From the NCBI GenBank assembly GCA_003427395.1, contig BFEA01000014.1, positions 4,106,677 to 4,164,447 of the forward strand: DNA of 57,771 bases, read 5' to 3'. Source of the stretch: Chara braunii (Eukaryota; Plantae; Charophyceae). Below the pieces are notes generated by a model. The model was given only the letters and a program-made list of their open reading frames with translations. It did no database searches and had not been told where the DNA came from. Positions 24,071 through 36,239 of the stretch are shown here, in pieces. Numbering within the stretch: the stretch's first letter is position 1; each line of letters starts with the position of its first letter. The position numbers and the translations under genes were made by a program.

Positions 24071-25460
24071 TTCCTAAAATCCTTGGCACAGTGTCACCCC
24101 TTTCGCTGCGCTTCCGGGCCTACTCCCACTCCAATCAGGAAGCCGCCCTGGACTTGAGGTTGGGCGTCACAACGCCCCATCTCTCCTGAATGGATTCATT
24201 TCTACATCCGGATGATCCTTGGGTGTCTTGAAGTGACGGTGGGTGGCCTTCAATGGCTCCAACTTCACTCCAGCACACCCACAGCTGCATGGTGCTTAAG
24301 CAAGGCATGGACATCACCACCACTGCACCTGCGACGTGTGTCCCCACTCCACCCTTGGGGACTCAATTCATCTAGTATGGCGGGCGACGGGTGTGTGTCA
24401 TCGCCCGTGACTTCTGGGATGAGGTACGCTCAATTTGGCTGCACATTTATGGCAGGGACACAGAAGTACGGAATAAAGACTTCATCATTACTGGGAGAGA
24501 CAACACAGCCTGAGGTTTATTGGGCAAGGCAAGTAAAGAGATTTCCCTCAAGATTCCTCCCAATGGCATAGGATTCTGGAGGCTCTGGATGGCCCTCAGA
24601 GACAGGAGATTCCATAATCATGTTCATCTGAAGTCTCCGGAATTGGGGGCTGAGCTCAGACATTGCGTGTGAATGACAACAGCTGCAGAATGGGCGTCTT
24701 CTGAGAAGAAAACCTCATCATCCCAGCAGTCAGCCGCTGAGCCGTTAAATCAGAGATGGAATGCCCCCACTCCTTGGGCATCTGTCTCTGGGACCTTCAG
24801 TAATCTAAGTCCCGAATATGGAATTCTGCCCCGCCGAGTTGGCGCCTACCCCTCTTTTTTTTGGTGGGGGGGGGGGACTATGCGGGAGTCACAAAAATGA
24901 GTTATAATAATTGCACTATGGGCCAAGATACAGTTTCGAATTGCGGTTTGGGCAATGTATACAACACAGCTTTCTGTCCAGGTAGAGTTCCTGAAGTGCA
25001 ATAATTGCAAACTGTATCGTGCCCCGTAGTGCAATTATAACAGATCCAATCAATTCGTGGGGAGCAGCATGTGCCTCAGGACCCGCATTCACAGATCTCT
25101 ACACGGTGACCCACCCTGTCATCCCCGACTTCTCCCTTCACACCCCCTCTCAGTTCTTCTCCGACTCAGTCCCCAGTACTCTCACTCGTAAGTCTGTGCA
25201 GGTTGCTTCCAAAGTGGCCGCCTTGTTCCATTGTAATCCCATCCCACTACAGCACTGGTCTAGTACCAGATTGGCTCTGCCTGTCCGGCCTACTCAGCAC
25301 TCTCAGATCTGAGCCCCCTTACCTCTCCCAATCAGCAGTCTCAATCTGGCTATCAGATCATTGATCCCCCATCTTCGCCTGTCTTCGCCTACTACAGTCC
25401 CTCTTTGGATTTTCCATTTCCTTGCTGCTACTCAGTTTTTTTTCAATGCTTCAACCACCT

Positions 25461-25497
<37 letters not shown>

Positions 25498-25823
25498 NCC
25501 CCCACTGATGATAGTGGTGCTGATAAGAGCAGACACCACTACCACCCGGGGAGAGGTTCCATCTATTGGTGGGGAGCGTCACCTGCTGGAAAACGGGTCC
25601 AGCGTCCCTTATACGGAATGTGATCAGAGAACCTTAGAGAAACAGTGAAGGGAATCCTGCCAGCATTGATTACCCTGGATTCCAGGGGATTGACTGAGCA
25701 GGACATGAAGAGGGACTGGAAATGCTCTGGATTTCAGAGCCTTATTTGAGATGTACTCTCCCTCACCCCAGCCTAAGATAGCCTACATCTTTAGTCTGTC
25801 AGTCCGTTGCTGACCCTCATGAC

Positions 25824-25984
25824 CACCGGTCTGCTCCTCTCAGCTGTTTCACTGTCAGATCAATGTGTTATACTGGAGCGGGTTAGTCCCCCTGCCTCCT
25901 CCCTCACCAGTCTGCTCCTCTCGGTTGTTTTGCTGTCAGATCAATGTGTTATACTGGAGCAGCTTAGTCCCCCTGCCTCCTCCT
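25824..25984. repeat. Tandem duplication (period about 82 bp) in the LINE A 3' UTR
   Basis: cacc.gtctgctcctctc....ctgtcagatcaatgtgttatactggagc...ttagtccccctgcctcctcc occurs twice. Confidence 0.85.
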
Positions 25985-26023
25985 TGCTGGGTGTAGACTG
26001 CCTCTTGATCTCTCGTTACCCTT

Positions 26024-26482
26024 CTACCCGCCATACCACTGCATTCCCACCAGACAGTTGGAGGGGGGGGGGGAAGGGGTCGGGGAATTCTTCGGGGGTC
26101 TCAGGGGAATCTCAGCATCTATTTTAGCCCACTCATTGAATATCAGGTAGTAGTCTCTTCCTATTTCTGCTCCCTGTTGTCCCTCTCCTGTCTCCTTTGG
26201 CTCTCCTTTCCTTTCCACCTTCCCAATTCTTCCTCCGGTAGGACCACCCAGCCAGCATGAGCAGAATTCTTGTACTTTTTGGTTGATGTCTCTTTGTGTT
26301 TGAAGTGTTTGAATGTGTGATTTGACCGCATCCCATTTGGCCGTTATTTCCGTTTGAATCTGCTGTATTATGCTTTCGATGAATTCTGGGCCTTCAAGTC
26401 TCACCCCTTCCATTTCGTGGGTGCAGCGCCGTCTCCATAGTGCCCAGAGGACCGCTCTACGTCCTACCTTGAACATATTGAT
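26024..26482 (-). pseudogene. LINE A ORF2, 3' part
   Basis: INMFKVGRRAVLWALW...CWLGGPTGGRIGKVE...WYGG matches the copy B ORF2 C-terminus and rejoins 36240 once the LTR element is removed. Confidence 0.9.
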
Positions 26483-27730
26483 TGCAATGACTTGCTGATT
26501 CCTGATGCCGAGATTGACAGCGAGGCTGTACACTAACCTGTAGGGTTAGTTTTGCAATTTTGTTTGGCTGAGGGCTAACCGAGAGATCCGCCTGTGTGGA
26601 AATTCGTGAGGGACAGATCTGTAATTTCTGGGAAAAATACAGACCTGGTACTAACCAAGTTCCTACAGCTACCCTAACTGCCTATAGCAGGCCCGGGCTA
26701 CCCCTAGGACAGACAAGCCCTAAGCGGCCTATACTGCTATACGGTCCTATAGCCTATAGCCGGGTCCGGTAGAGGCCGAGAGGCCGAAACAGCAGCGGTA
26801 CCGGTAGCTCCAGTCAGTCCAGTCTAGGTCTAGGCTAGAGTAGGAAGTCTATAAGTCCAGTAGGGAAATCGGGTAGGGACTTTTGGCTTTTCATTTTTCG
26901 TGTGCAGCGTTGGTGGCCAACCAAGTTTGCAGCGCTGAAGACCTACAGCGGCACCTGGAGGTTTCAGCAGGGTGAAGCAGCNNNNNNNNNNNNNNNNNNN
27001 NNNNNNNNNNNNNNNNNNNNNNNNNNNNNNNNNNNNNNNNNNNNNNNNNNNNNNNNNNNNNNNNNNNNNNNNNNNNNNNNNNNNNNNNNNNNNNNNNNNN
27101 NNNNNNNNNNNNNNNNNNNNNNNNNNNNNNNNNNNNNNNNNNNNNNNNNNNNNNNNNNNNNNNNNNNNNNNNNNNNNNNNNNNNNNNNNNNNNNNNNNNN
27201 NNNNNNNNNNNNNNNNNNNNNNNNNNNNNNNNNNNNNNNNNNNNNNNNNNNNNNNNNNNNNNNNNNNNNNNNNNNNNNNNNNNNNNNNNNNNNNNNNNNN
27301 NNNNNNNNNNNNNNNNNNNNNNNNNNNNNNNNNNNNNNNNNNNNNNNNNNNNNNNNNNNNNNNNNNNNNNNNNNNNNNNNNNNNNNNNNNNNNNNNNNNN
27401 NNNNNNNNNNNNNNNNNNNNNNNNNNNNNNNNNNNNNNNNNNNNNNNNNNNNNNNNNNNNNNNNNNNNNNNNNNNNNNNNNNNNNNNNNNNTTCCAATTG
27501 TGACCTTCGCAGTGTCATCCAGTGATTGGTTGTTGGGAGTTCATCAGAGAGAGAGAACACTGTGTGTATTCTCCCCATCTGTGCATTGTTGTTATTCCGC
27601 TGTTTATCTCTGGTCTGTGTGCAGGTGGACTCTGTCTCTTCCTCCCCTGTGTCTCATGCATGTATGGGCATGTGTGAGTTCTTCTGTGTGTGAGTGGCAA
27701 TCAAATTTTCAAACAACCAAGTTCATAACA
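26483..27730 (+). repeat. 5' LTR (contains gap 26982-27491)
   Basis: TGCAATGAC...TTCATAACA; matches the 3' LTR. Confidence 0.95.
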
Positions 27731-27732
27731 GT

Positions 27733-27744
27733 TGGTATCAGAGC
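27733..27744 (+). promoter_or_regulatory. Primer-binding site for tRNA-iMet
   Basis: TGGTATCAGAGC, 2 nt after the LTR end. Confidence 0.95.
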
Positions 27745-29273
27745 GAAGATTGGACTTGGAGCTCAAAGGGTTGAGCGCAACAGGGGCGCCTTCTTCATCT
27801 GGCTCTAACTGGCGAAAAGGTTCATGGCGGTTCTTCATCTCCAGTGACTATCCAGCAGGGAAGAAGGAATACAAGCGGTGATTGCAGATTATCAGTTTGC
27901 GATTGATCAGGCACACTGAGCCTGTCTGTGTGCCTGAGAGGAAGTGGCGAGAATAGGGTTATTTCGCCATCCACCCTCTTGACCTCAGTTGATGACTGGG
28001 TCTAGGGTGGCGAAATTTACCCTAATCCAGTAGTAACTGGGTGGCGGCTTCAATCCCAGTGTAGCGCTGAGGGAGGATTGATCGTAAGATCACCTCCTGC
28101 TAAATTAACCCTACTCAGGGCTAAATTTAGCACCAGCGGCTCATAGCTGCAGTGGCGAGATACCTTCAGGAGAGTATTTTCTCGCCACTGAGCCAGATTC
28201 AGTGAATCTGAGAGGTGGGGCTGAATCGCCACATCATACTGGAGCGGATCAACAAGTTTCATGAGATTCTGTACGTGGGAAGCTCTGGAAGATTGTCTGC
28301 AAGGACTGGCGAGACCAGGGTTTGGCAGCCATAACCAAAGCTTTATCACCCACTGAGTGAAACACTTCAAGTGAGTTTGTTCCATATGAATCCCTGAGTA
28401 GCGATTAGATTAGCCTCAGTAGAAGTAGGACTGGTGGTCTGTCTGTCAGTAGTGTAACAATTGCGAAATTGTCAGACTGCAAGACAGCCATATCCATCTT
28501 CTTCCTCCCTACCCTGACTCATATCTCTTCATCTATTGACCTGTTCTGACTCAAAATTGTTCTGGGACTGCTTGACAGTATTGCGCTGCATCCTGTATGT
28601 TCATTCTGTGAATTCTGTCCTGGAAAAGTAGTGATACTGTGGATTTGAGTTTTGCACTGAGTCTATTTATAGTCTAGGCTATCTAGGGTCAGTCACAACT
28701 CAAAATTTGTCCGTCAGAATTCAAGTCTGTCAGTCTGGGGTGAATCGCAATTCTATTTTTAGCATCAGTGCTAAAGCGCTAGTCCAGACACAGAGTATTT
28801 GGGTCATTACTGTGCAATCCTGAAATTCGCCATATCTGGGGTTATTTCTGTTGATGTCAACAGTGGCGAAATTTGAGTTTGGGGCTGTCAAGGTGTAGTT
28901 TACTAAATCGCTATTACTTGTTACCCTGTTTCAATTAATTATTGCCTGTTCCCATCAATACTACTAATTTGCTCTGCTTTCAAGTGGGCTCTGGAATGCT
29001 AGTGACCCTTGGAATGTTGTGAATGTGCATCTTGCAACTCCAGTGAAAGTGCAGTGTCAGGTAGAGGAAATCACTAGTGAATGATTTTACTGGACACCTA
29101 GTCAACCTGATTCCTGACTCCAGCGGTTCCGTTCCAACCCTAACCGCTTGTGCCCACCAACCCACATTGCTTTCTGAATTGACAGTGCAGCGAAATTTGA
29201 GTGTCTGTGAGATCAGTAAATCGGTGCACCTCCTGCTGTTTCAATTATTTGTTGTGTTGTTTTGAGAGGGAAA

Positions 29274-31335
29274 ATGTCTAAAACCGCTGACACATGTGCA
29301 GGGCAGGTGGAGGCAGTGGTTAAGGATGAGGGCCAAGCCTCACCCTCAACTCCACCTCCCCCTCCTCTGACCCCTGCGCAGCGGCGCAAGAAGGAGATCC
29401 AGGAGAAACTGCGAGAGCAACAGACGCTTCTCGCAGAGGCAGAGAGAAGACTTTTGCGGATGCTAGAGTGGCCCAGTGTACCAGGGATCTGGCTGAGCTG
29501 GTACTTTTGAAAGACAAACTTACAGCCAACCACTTCACAAACTAGGATGAAGGATCCAACGGTTGGATACTAGAGTGGCTGATCTGGGAACTCAGCAGTC
29601 TAAGATCCTGGATGCTATCTAGAATCTGACTGCTCAGTTAACAGCAGTCAACGTCCTCGGTCCCCTGGTCTCTGTGGTCCCCTCTCTGAAGCCCAAGAAG
29701 CCTTCTCAACCCCCTTCTCCACCTCCTTCTCCACCTCCTAGGTCTCCTCATTCTTCGCACAAATCTTCTCCCTTTGTCTCCTCCCAGGCCAAAGCCACAC
29801 CTCCTCCCACCTTTGCTACTGTTGTTGTTGGGGACCTCAGAGGCCCCAAGATCCCTACCCCCAGCAAATTCAAGGGGGATGACCCCAAGATTGATGTGAA
29901 AGGGTTCCAGTTCCCAAAGCAGCAAAAGGTGGCAACTGTTGTGGGCCTGCTGGAGGGGCCTGCCCAGAAATGGGTTACCTCTACAGCAAGTGCCCAGAGT
30001 GAGACTTCGGAGGACTGGGCATTGGCACAGGGGGCTGACAAACTTTTGCAGACCCTGGAAGATAGGTTTGCAGACAAAGAGAGAGTCCGCAAAGCTGCTG
30101 ATAAGATAGTACGCCTGGGCCAGCAGCGTTACAGCGGCAGTCTGATAACAGAAAAATTCCCACGAGAAATGGAATTTGAAAAAACATTCCATAAAAAAAA
30201 AATTCCTTCATATTTATAAATTATCATTTCAATGTTCGTCCAATTCTAAAATTTTCAGTTTTATTTGATAAGATCCCGTCTAAATATGAGTTTTCCCTTC
30301 CAACCACATCTATTTGTTCAAGATGGAATGAAAGTCTGGACGAGTTTATGAAACGTTTTAATTAAATTTTCATTTTACTACAAGAAATATCTTCTTATTT
30401 AGATTGGATTAACCTATTTATGACTGAAAATCCTTACTTAGAATGACAGTCCAATTAAAATATTTCATGAACTCGTCCACACTTTCATTCCATCTCTAGC
30501 ATGCAATTCAAATAAGAAGGGATACCCCATTGTTGGAATGAAAGTTTTTAAGTAAGACGGAAAATTTTAAAATTGGAATGACATTTTTTAAGATGGAATG
30601 AAAATTTAGAATTTAGAATGTAATTTCACTATAGAATAATTATTTAATTCTAGGAATTTTTTTCGTTGGAAGGCCTTGTTTGCTGAATTAGAACAGCTGA
30701 CTTCCACCCCTGGATTGGTTATGTCTGCAGATGATCTGTTAACTAATTTTTGCAGGGTTGTGCCTGAAAAGTTTTGTGTTGCCATGTACAGCGCCGGTCA
30801 CAAAGACTGGAGATATTTTGGACGCGCAGAACGAAACATGGAGGCCAAGCTCCATGTCCAGGCCCCCTCCAGTGATAGGAGGAAAGGCGCCTTCCCTCGC
30901 GGTGGTAGAAGGGGAAAGGCGGCCTTTGCATATGCGGGCTCTGGGTCAGCCTCTGAGACAGGATCCCAACCTGGTACACCGCCAGTTGGGACTGTTTCAG
31001 CTGTTGTCTCAGATGTTGCAGCAGTTGTTCAACAACTGCAGGCTGCACTGGGGGTCTTCCAAAAGGTCGGGTCTACCCCCAGCACAACCTCCAGCAGCAA
31101 GGGGAAGAGCCAGGGACGTCGCTCTTCAACCCCTGCCCGGCGCCCTAACCTGCCACGTGACGTCCATTTTCCAACAGACCCTCTGAATCCCAACACCCTT
31201 TCCTGGCATGATATGAAAATCCAGGAAGGAGTGTGGAGGAAGAGGAAGGAGAGAGGTGTCTGCTTGAGGTGTGAGGGACAACATTTCTTGAAGGACTGTC
31301 CCTACATGCCTAGCCCAGCTCAGTCAAAAAAATGA
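29274..31335 (+). pseudogene. gag: Gypsy gag, disrupted and split by a MITE
   Basis: PKIPTPSKFKGDD..LLEGPAQKW..LEDRFAD..RLGQQRYSGSL|KALFAELEQL; zinc knuckle CLRCEGQHFLKDC. The start is approximate. Confidence 0.85.
30146..30668. mobile_element. 523-bp AT-rich non-autonomous TIR element with 2-bp TSD (GA)
   Basis: Ends TAACAGAAAAATTCC / GGAATTTTTTTCGTTG. Removing it plus one GA restores the gag frame (agt ctg aag gcc). Internal inverted repeat about 30325-30353 / 30463-30491 and repeated GGAATGAAA. Confidence 0.8.
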
Positions 31336-34300
31336 AGTTGAACCCGGAGACTGCAGTTCCCTCTAGTGTTGCACCTGCATCTGCAACTGCAGCAGCTTCA
31401 GTTGAGACTTGTTTCTTCCTACCCAGTGCGGGGACTGCTCGGGCAGCATCCTTCATCTATGAGGATCCTGACCCGGATCAAGAACCGGACCAGTCTGAGT
31501 GTCAGGCTCTTGCTGTTTTTTTCTTTCATCTGAAAGAACAAAAGCAGAACAAGTCTGATCTCATACTCCTCCGGCCCCTGATCAACCACACCAGGATCAA
31601 GGGGTTACCAGACTGTGGAGCCACCCGAAATTTCATGTCTCCCAGTGCAGTCAAAAAACTGCATCTGGGCATGAAAGTGGTACAACTGCAGGATAGGTGA
31701 CTCCACTATTTTGACTATCAGGGGGAAGGTCAGGGGTATCCATGTTACCTTCAACAGTGTTGGAGAAATCAGACATAGTCTGAACTTCTACATATTCCCT
31801 AATCTACCCTTTGACCTGGTATTCTCCATGCAGTGGCTGAGAGCTGTCAACCCTAGGATCGACTGGCAGATCCCCAAGGTTGAGCTGCCAAACAGCAAGG
31901 GGATGTATCAGCCATGCATGATTGCTCCTGATCACCACCCCAAGACATCATGCTTCTGCTTGAGAGCGAGAGAGTTTTATGCTCTCTCTCGCCAGTATGA
32001 CCATGAGCGTCTGTTTATAGCTCTGGTCAAGCAGACAGACGTTCCCACTACTCCCTGTCCTCCTGAGATACAGCAGGTTGTGGACCAGTACGCTGATCTG
32101 ATGCAGGAGCTCTTTGGGTTACCCAATCGGCCAACCAAGCATCACATTGAGCTGCTACCTGGAGCGGTCCCTCCCAAGGGCCGCATCTACAGGATGTCAC
32201 CTGCTGAGCTTGAGGAGCTCAGGCGACAGCTTGAGACCCTGACCAGCAAAGGCTGGATCAGGCCCAGCACATCTGAATTCGGTGCTCTAGTCCTCTTTGT
32301 TCCAAAGGGGAGTGGTGAGTTCAGAATGTGCATAGACTACAGTGGTCTCACAAGATCACTAGGAAGAGCACAGAGCCACTTCCTAGGATCGATGACCTTC
32401 TGGATATGGTCCAGGGCTGCACCATCTTCAGCAAAGTCGACCTCAAATCTGGCTATCACTAGATTGAGATAGCAGAGGAGGACGTCCACAAGACGACGTT
32501 CAAACCCAGGTATGGTACTTATGAGTACCTGGTTATGCCATTTGGACTTTGCAATGCACCTGGCACATTCCAGACTGAGATGCACCACATATTCAGGCCG
32601 TACCTGGATAAGTTTATGGTTGTCTACCTGGATGATATCCTGGTATTCAGCAAAACTACCAGGGAACATGTGGAGCACCTGGCTCTGCTTCTTTAGTCAT
32701 TACGTGACAGCCTGTACAAGATCAACAAAGAGAAGTCCTCTTTTGGAGTTCCCTTTGTGATCTACCTGGGTCATGTGATCTCTGGAGATGGACTGGCCCC
32801 TGAAGGAGCCAAGATTGTTGCTATTCAGGATTGGCCACAGCCCCAGACAGTGAGAGATGCCCGGTCTTTCTTGGGTCTAGCCTCATACTACAGAAAGTTC
32901 GTCAGGAACTTTTCTGTTGTGGCTGCACCCATGACTAACCTCACAAAGAAAGACACTCCCTTTCTTTGGTCTCTTCACTATCAGATGGCCTTTGCACGAC
33001 TCAAACAGGCCTTGACTCGTGCACCTGTTCTGAAGTTGCCTGACCCCACCTTGCCTTTGGTGTTGACTACTGATGCTAGCCAGTACGGCATTGGGGCAGT
33101 CCTTCAGCAGGATGATGGGAATAGTCTGAGAACTATAGAGTTTATGAGTAAGAAAATCAAGACTCAGAAGCTTCAGGACTCTACCTACGAGAAAGAGCTT
33201 TATGCTCTTGTCATTGCCCTGAAACACTGGAAACCCTTTCTTGTGAGCGGACACTTCAAGATCTTTTCTGATCATTCCATTTTGCAGTGGTTGAAGTCCC
33301 AGGGAGAGTTGAATGATAAACTGGCACGTTACATTCAGTTCATTGATCTGTTTGACTTTGAACTGAAGCACAAGAAGGACTGCTACAATAAAGTAGTTGA
33401 CGCCCTCTCTCGTAGGCCCGACTCTTTTGCGCTGATCTCCTTTACCCATTCTTTTGGAGAGGAGGTCCGTCAGACCATTGCTCGTTTTCTACCTCAGGAT
33501 CCGACTTATGGACCCATCGTCAGGAATCTGCAAGCAGATCCCAACTCTGAACCTCACTATGCCCTGAGTTCAGATCTGCTGTATACTTACAGCAGAGGAG
33601 AGGAGCGCTTGTGCATCCATGAGGATCAGCAGTTGCTGACACTGCTGATGTCAGAGTGTCACGACGCGCTTGAACACTTTGGGTTTCTAAATTCGTATGC
33701 AGCCCTGTCGCAGCGCTTCTTCTGGAAGGAGATGCGGAGTGATATGCTGCGCTATGTGGATACCTGTGAGCTCTGCCAAAGGAACAAGGTTCAGCGTAAA
33801 CCTCATTTGGGATTGCTCAAACCTTTGCCCATACCTGATGGTCCTGCCCAGTCTGTATCCATTGATTTTACAGACTTAGGCAAGACTACCCCTCGTGGCA
33901 TGCGTCAGGTTATGCTCTGCGTGGACAGGTTTTCCAAATACGCAGAGTTCATCCCCTTGCCAGAGGTAGCCAAGGTACCGGCTGTGAGAGCAGCCTTTTC
34001 TGAGAGGTGGGTCACACACCATGGACCGCCCACCTCTATTGTTAGTGATCGAGACCCCAGATTTTGCAGCGATGAGTGGCAGTCCTACTGCAAGGATTAT
34101 CTGCACTCACGCCAGGACATGACCTTTGATCGTCATCCTGAAGCCAATGGATTGGCTGAAGTGATGAACCAAGTCATGTTCCAGTTGCTACGGCCTGTGA
34201 TCTCTCCAGATCAGCAGGATTGGGATCTCCACTTGGCGAGGGCACAGCTCATGTATAAAATGTCTTTCCACTCCTCGACAGGTTTTAGTCCCTACTGGCT

Positions 34301-35003
34301 ATATTGGGGACGTGAGCCACGACAGCCTCTCGATGAAATCATCGACAAGGCTAAGTCTGACCTTACCCCAGGCACTGCAAAGTTCGCCAGACGCTATCGT
34401 GTGGATGTGGAAAGAGCCCGGACGAACTTGTTCAAGGCCCAAAAGACCATGATTGAACAAGCCAACCGCCACAAGCGGCTTTCCCCCATCCGCACTGGTG
34501 ACTATGTCTGGGTGGCCGGTTCTGAGTTGTCGAGGGAGGAGGATATCTCTCCCAAGTTGTTGCCGCGCTACCAAGGTCCGTGGCAGGTTCTAGATACAGT
34601 GGGCGCTGATCCCTTCGGTCCATCGTACGTCATCGACGTCCCGCTGCATCTACGAACCTATCCGGTCTTTCATGCATCTAAGCTGCTGCCTTTTACACCA
34701 GCTGATGCATTCCCTGACCGGCCCCCTCAATGGGGCCCACCAATCCCTGGCAAGGGATATGATGTGGTGGCCATTGAGGATGAGTGGGGCACTGGCCCCG
34801 ACCGACAGTATCTTGTCAGGTTTGCGTTTCAGCTTCCTTCTGAGAACCAATGGTTTTCCAGAAGAGACTTGGTCAAGACAGCAAAGTCTGTTGTTCTATG
34901 GTATGAGGCAGCTCAGAAAGGTGACCTTCGTTATCACCTCGTTTGCGCCCCTAGCTCGGAGGTCCTCGCTCCCGGGGAGGGTAAGCCTGCAATGACTTGC
35001 TGA
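31332..35003 (+). pseudogene. pol: Gypsy pol: protease, RT, RNase H, integrase, chromodomain (stops and frameshifts)
   Basis: PDCGATRNF; VPKG...RMCIDY; VYLDDI at about 32622; TTDASQYGIGAV; H..H..CELC; SIDF, SDRDPRF, GLAE; PRYQGPW; YDVVAIEDE...QYLVRF...ENQW. Confidence 0.95.
34974..34987 (+). promoter_or_regulatory. Polypurine tract
   Basis: ggggagggtaagcc immediately before the 3' LTR. Confidence 0.8.
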
Positions 35004-36234
35004 TTCCTGCCGCTGAGATTGACAGCGACGCTGTACACTAACCTGTAGGGTTAGTTTTGCAATTTTGTTTGGCTGAGGTCTAACCGAGAGATCCGCCAGT
35101 GCAAAAATTCGTGAGGGATAGATCTGAAATTTCTGGGGAAAAATACAGACCTGGTACTAACCAAGTTCCTACAGCTACCCTAACTGCCTATAGCAGGCCC
35201 AGGCTACCCCTAGGACAGACAGGCCCTAAGCGGCCTATACTGTTATACGGTCCTATAGCCTATAGCCGGGTCCGCTAGAGGCCGAGAGGCCGAAACAGCA
35301 GCGGTACCGGTAGATCCAGTCAGTCCAGTCTAGGTCTAGGCTAGAGTAGGAAGTCTATAAGTCCAGTAGGGAAATCGGGTAGGGACTTTTGACTTTTCAT
35401 TTTTCGTGTGCAGCGTTGGTGGCCAACCAAGTTTGCAGCGCTGAAGACCTACAGCGGCACCTGGAGGTTTCAGCAGGGTGAAGCAGCNNNNNNNNNNNNN
35501 NNNNNNNNNNNNNNNNNNNNNNNNNNNNNNNNNNNNNNNNNNNNNNNNNNNNNNNNNNNNNNNNNNNNNNNNNNNNNNNNNNNNNNNNNNNNNNNNNNNN
35601 NNNNNNNNNNNNNNNNNNNNNNNNNNNNNNNNNNNNNNNNNNNNNNNNNNNNNNNNNNNNNNNNNNNNNNNNNNNNNNNNNNNNNNNNNNNNNNNNNNNN
35701 NNNNNNNNNNNNNNNNNNNNNNNNNNNNNNNNNNNNNNNNNNNNNNNNNNNNNNNNNNNNNNNNNNNNNNNNNNNNNNNNNNNNNNNNNNNNNNNNNNNN
35801 NNNNNNNNNNNNNNNNNNNNNNNNNNNNNNNNNNNNNNNNNNNNNNNNNNNNNNNNNNNNNNNNNNNNNNNNNNNNNNNNNNNNNNNNNNNNNNNNNNNN
35901 NNNNNNNNNNNNNNNNNNNNNNNNNNNNNNNNNNNNNNNNNNNNNNNNNNNNNNNNNNNNNNNNNNNNNNNNNNNNNNNNNNNNNNNNNNNNNNNNNNNN
36001 NNNNNNNNNNNNNNNNNNNNNNNNNNNNNNNNNNNNNNNNNNNNNNNNNNNNNNNNNNNNNNACTGTGTGTATTCTCCCCATCTGTGCATGGTTGTTATT
36101 CCGCTGTTTATCTCTGGTTTGTGTGTAGGCGGACTCTGTCTCTTCCTCCCCTGTGTCTCATGCATGTATGGGCATGTGTGAGTTCCTCTGTGTGTGAGTG
36201 GCAATCAAATTGTCAAACAACCAAGTTCATAACA
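34988..36234 (+). repeat. 3' LTR (contains gap 35488-36063)
   Basis: TGCAATGAC...TTCATAACA followed by the TSD. Confidence 0.95.
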
Positions 36235-36239
36235 TTGAT

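Larger units (their letters stand above)
26483..36234 (+). mobile_element. Complete Ty3/Gypsy LTR retrotransposon with chromodomain integrase (chromovirus-like)
   Basis: TG...CA LTRs, 5-bp TSD TTGAT (26478-26482, 36235-36239), PBS, PPT, and gag-PR-RT-RH-IN-CHD order. Confidence 0.97.

Noticed and set aside
25505-25545. Second hammerhead (CTGATGA followed by a hairpin)
   Set aside because: No GAAA or stem III after the stem; it is the antisense of the LINE 3' stem-loop.
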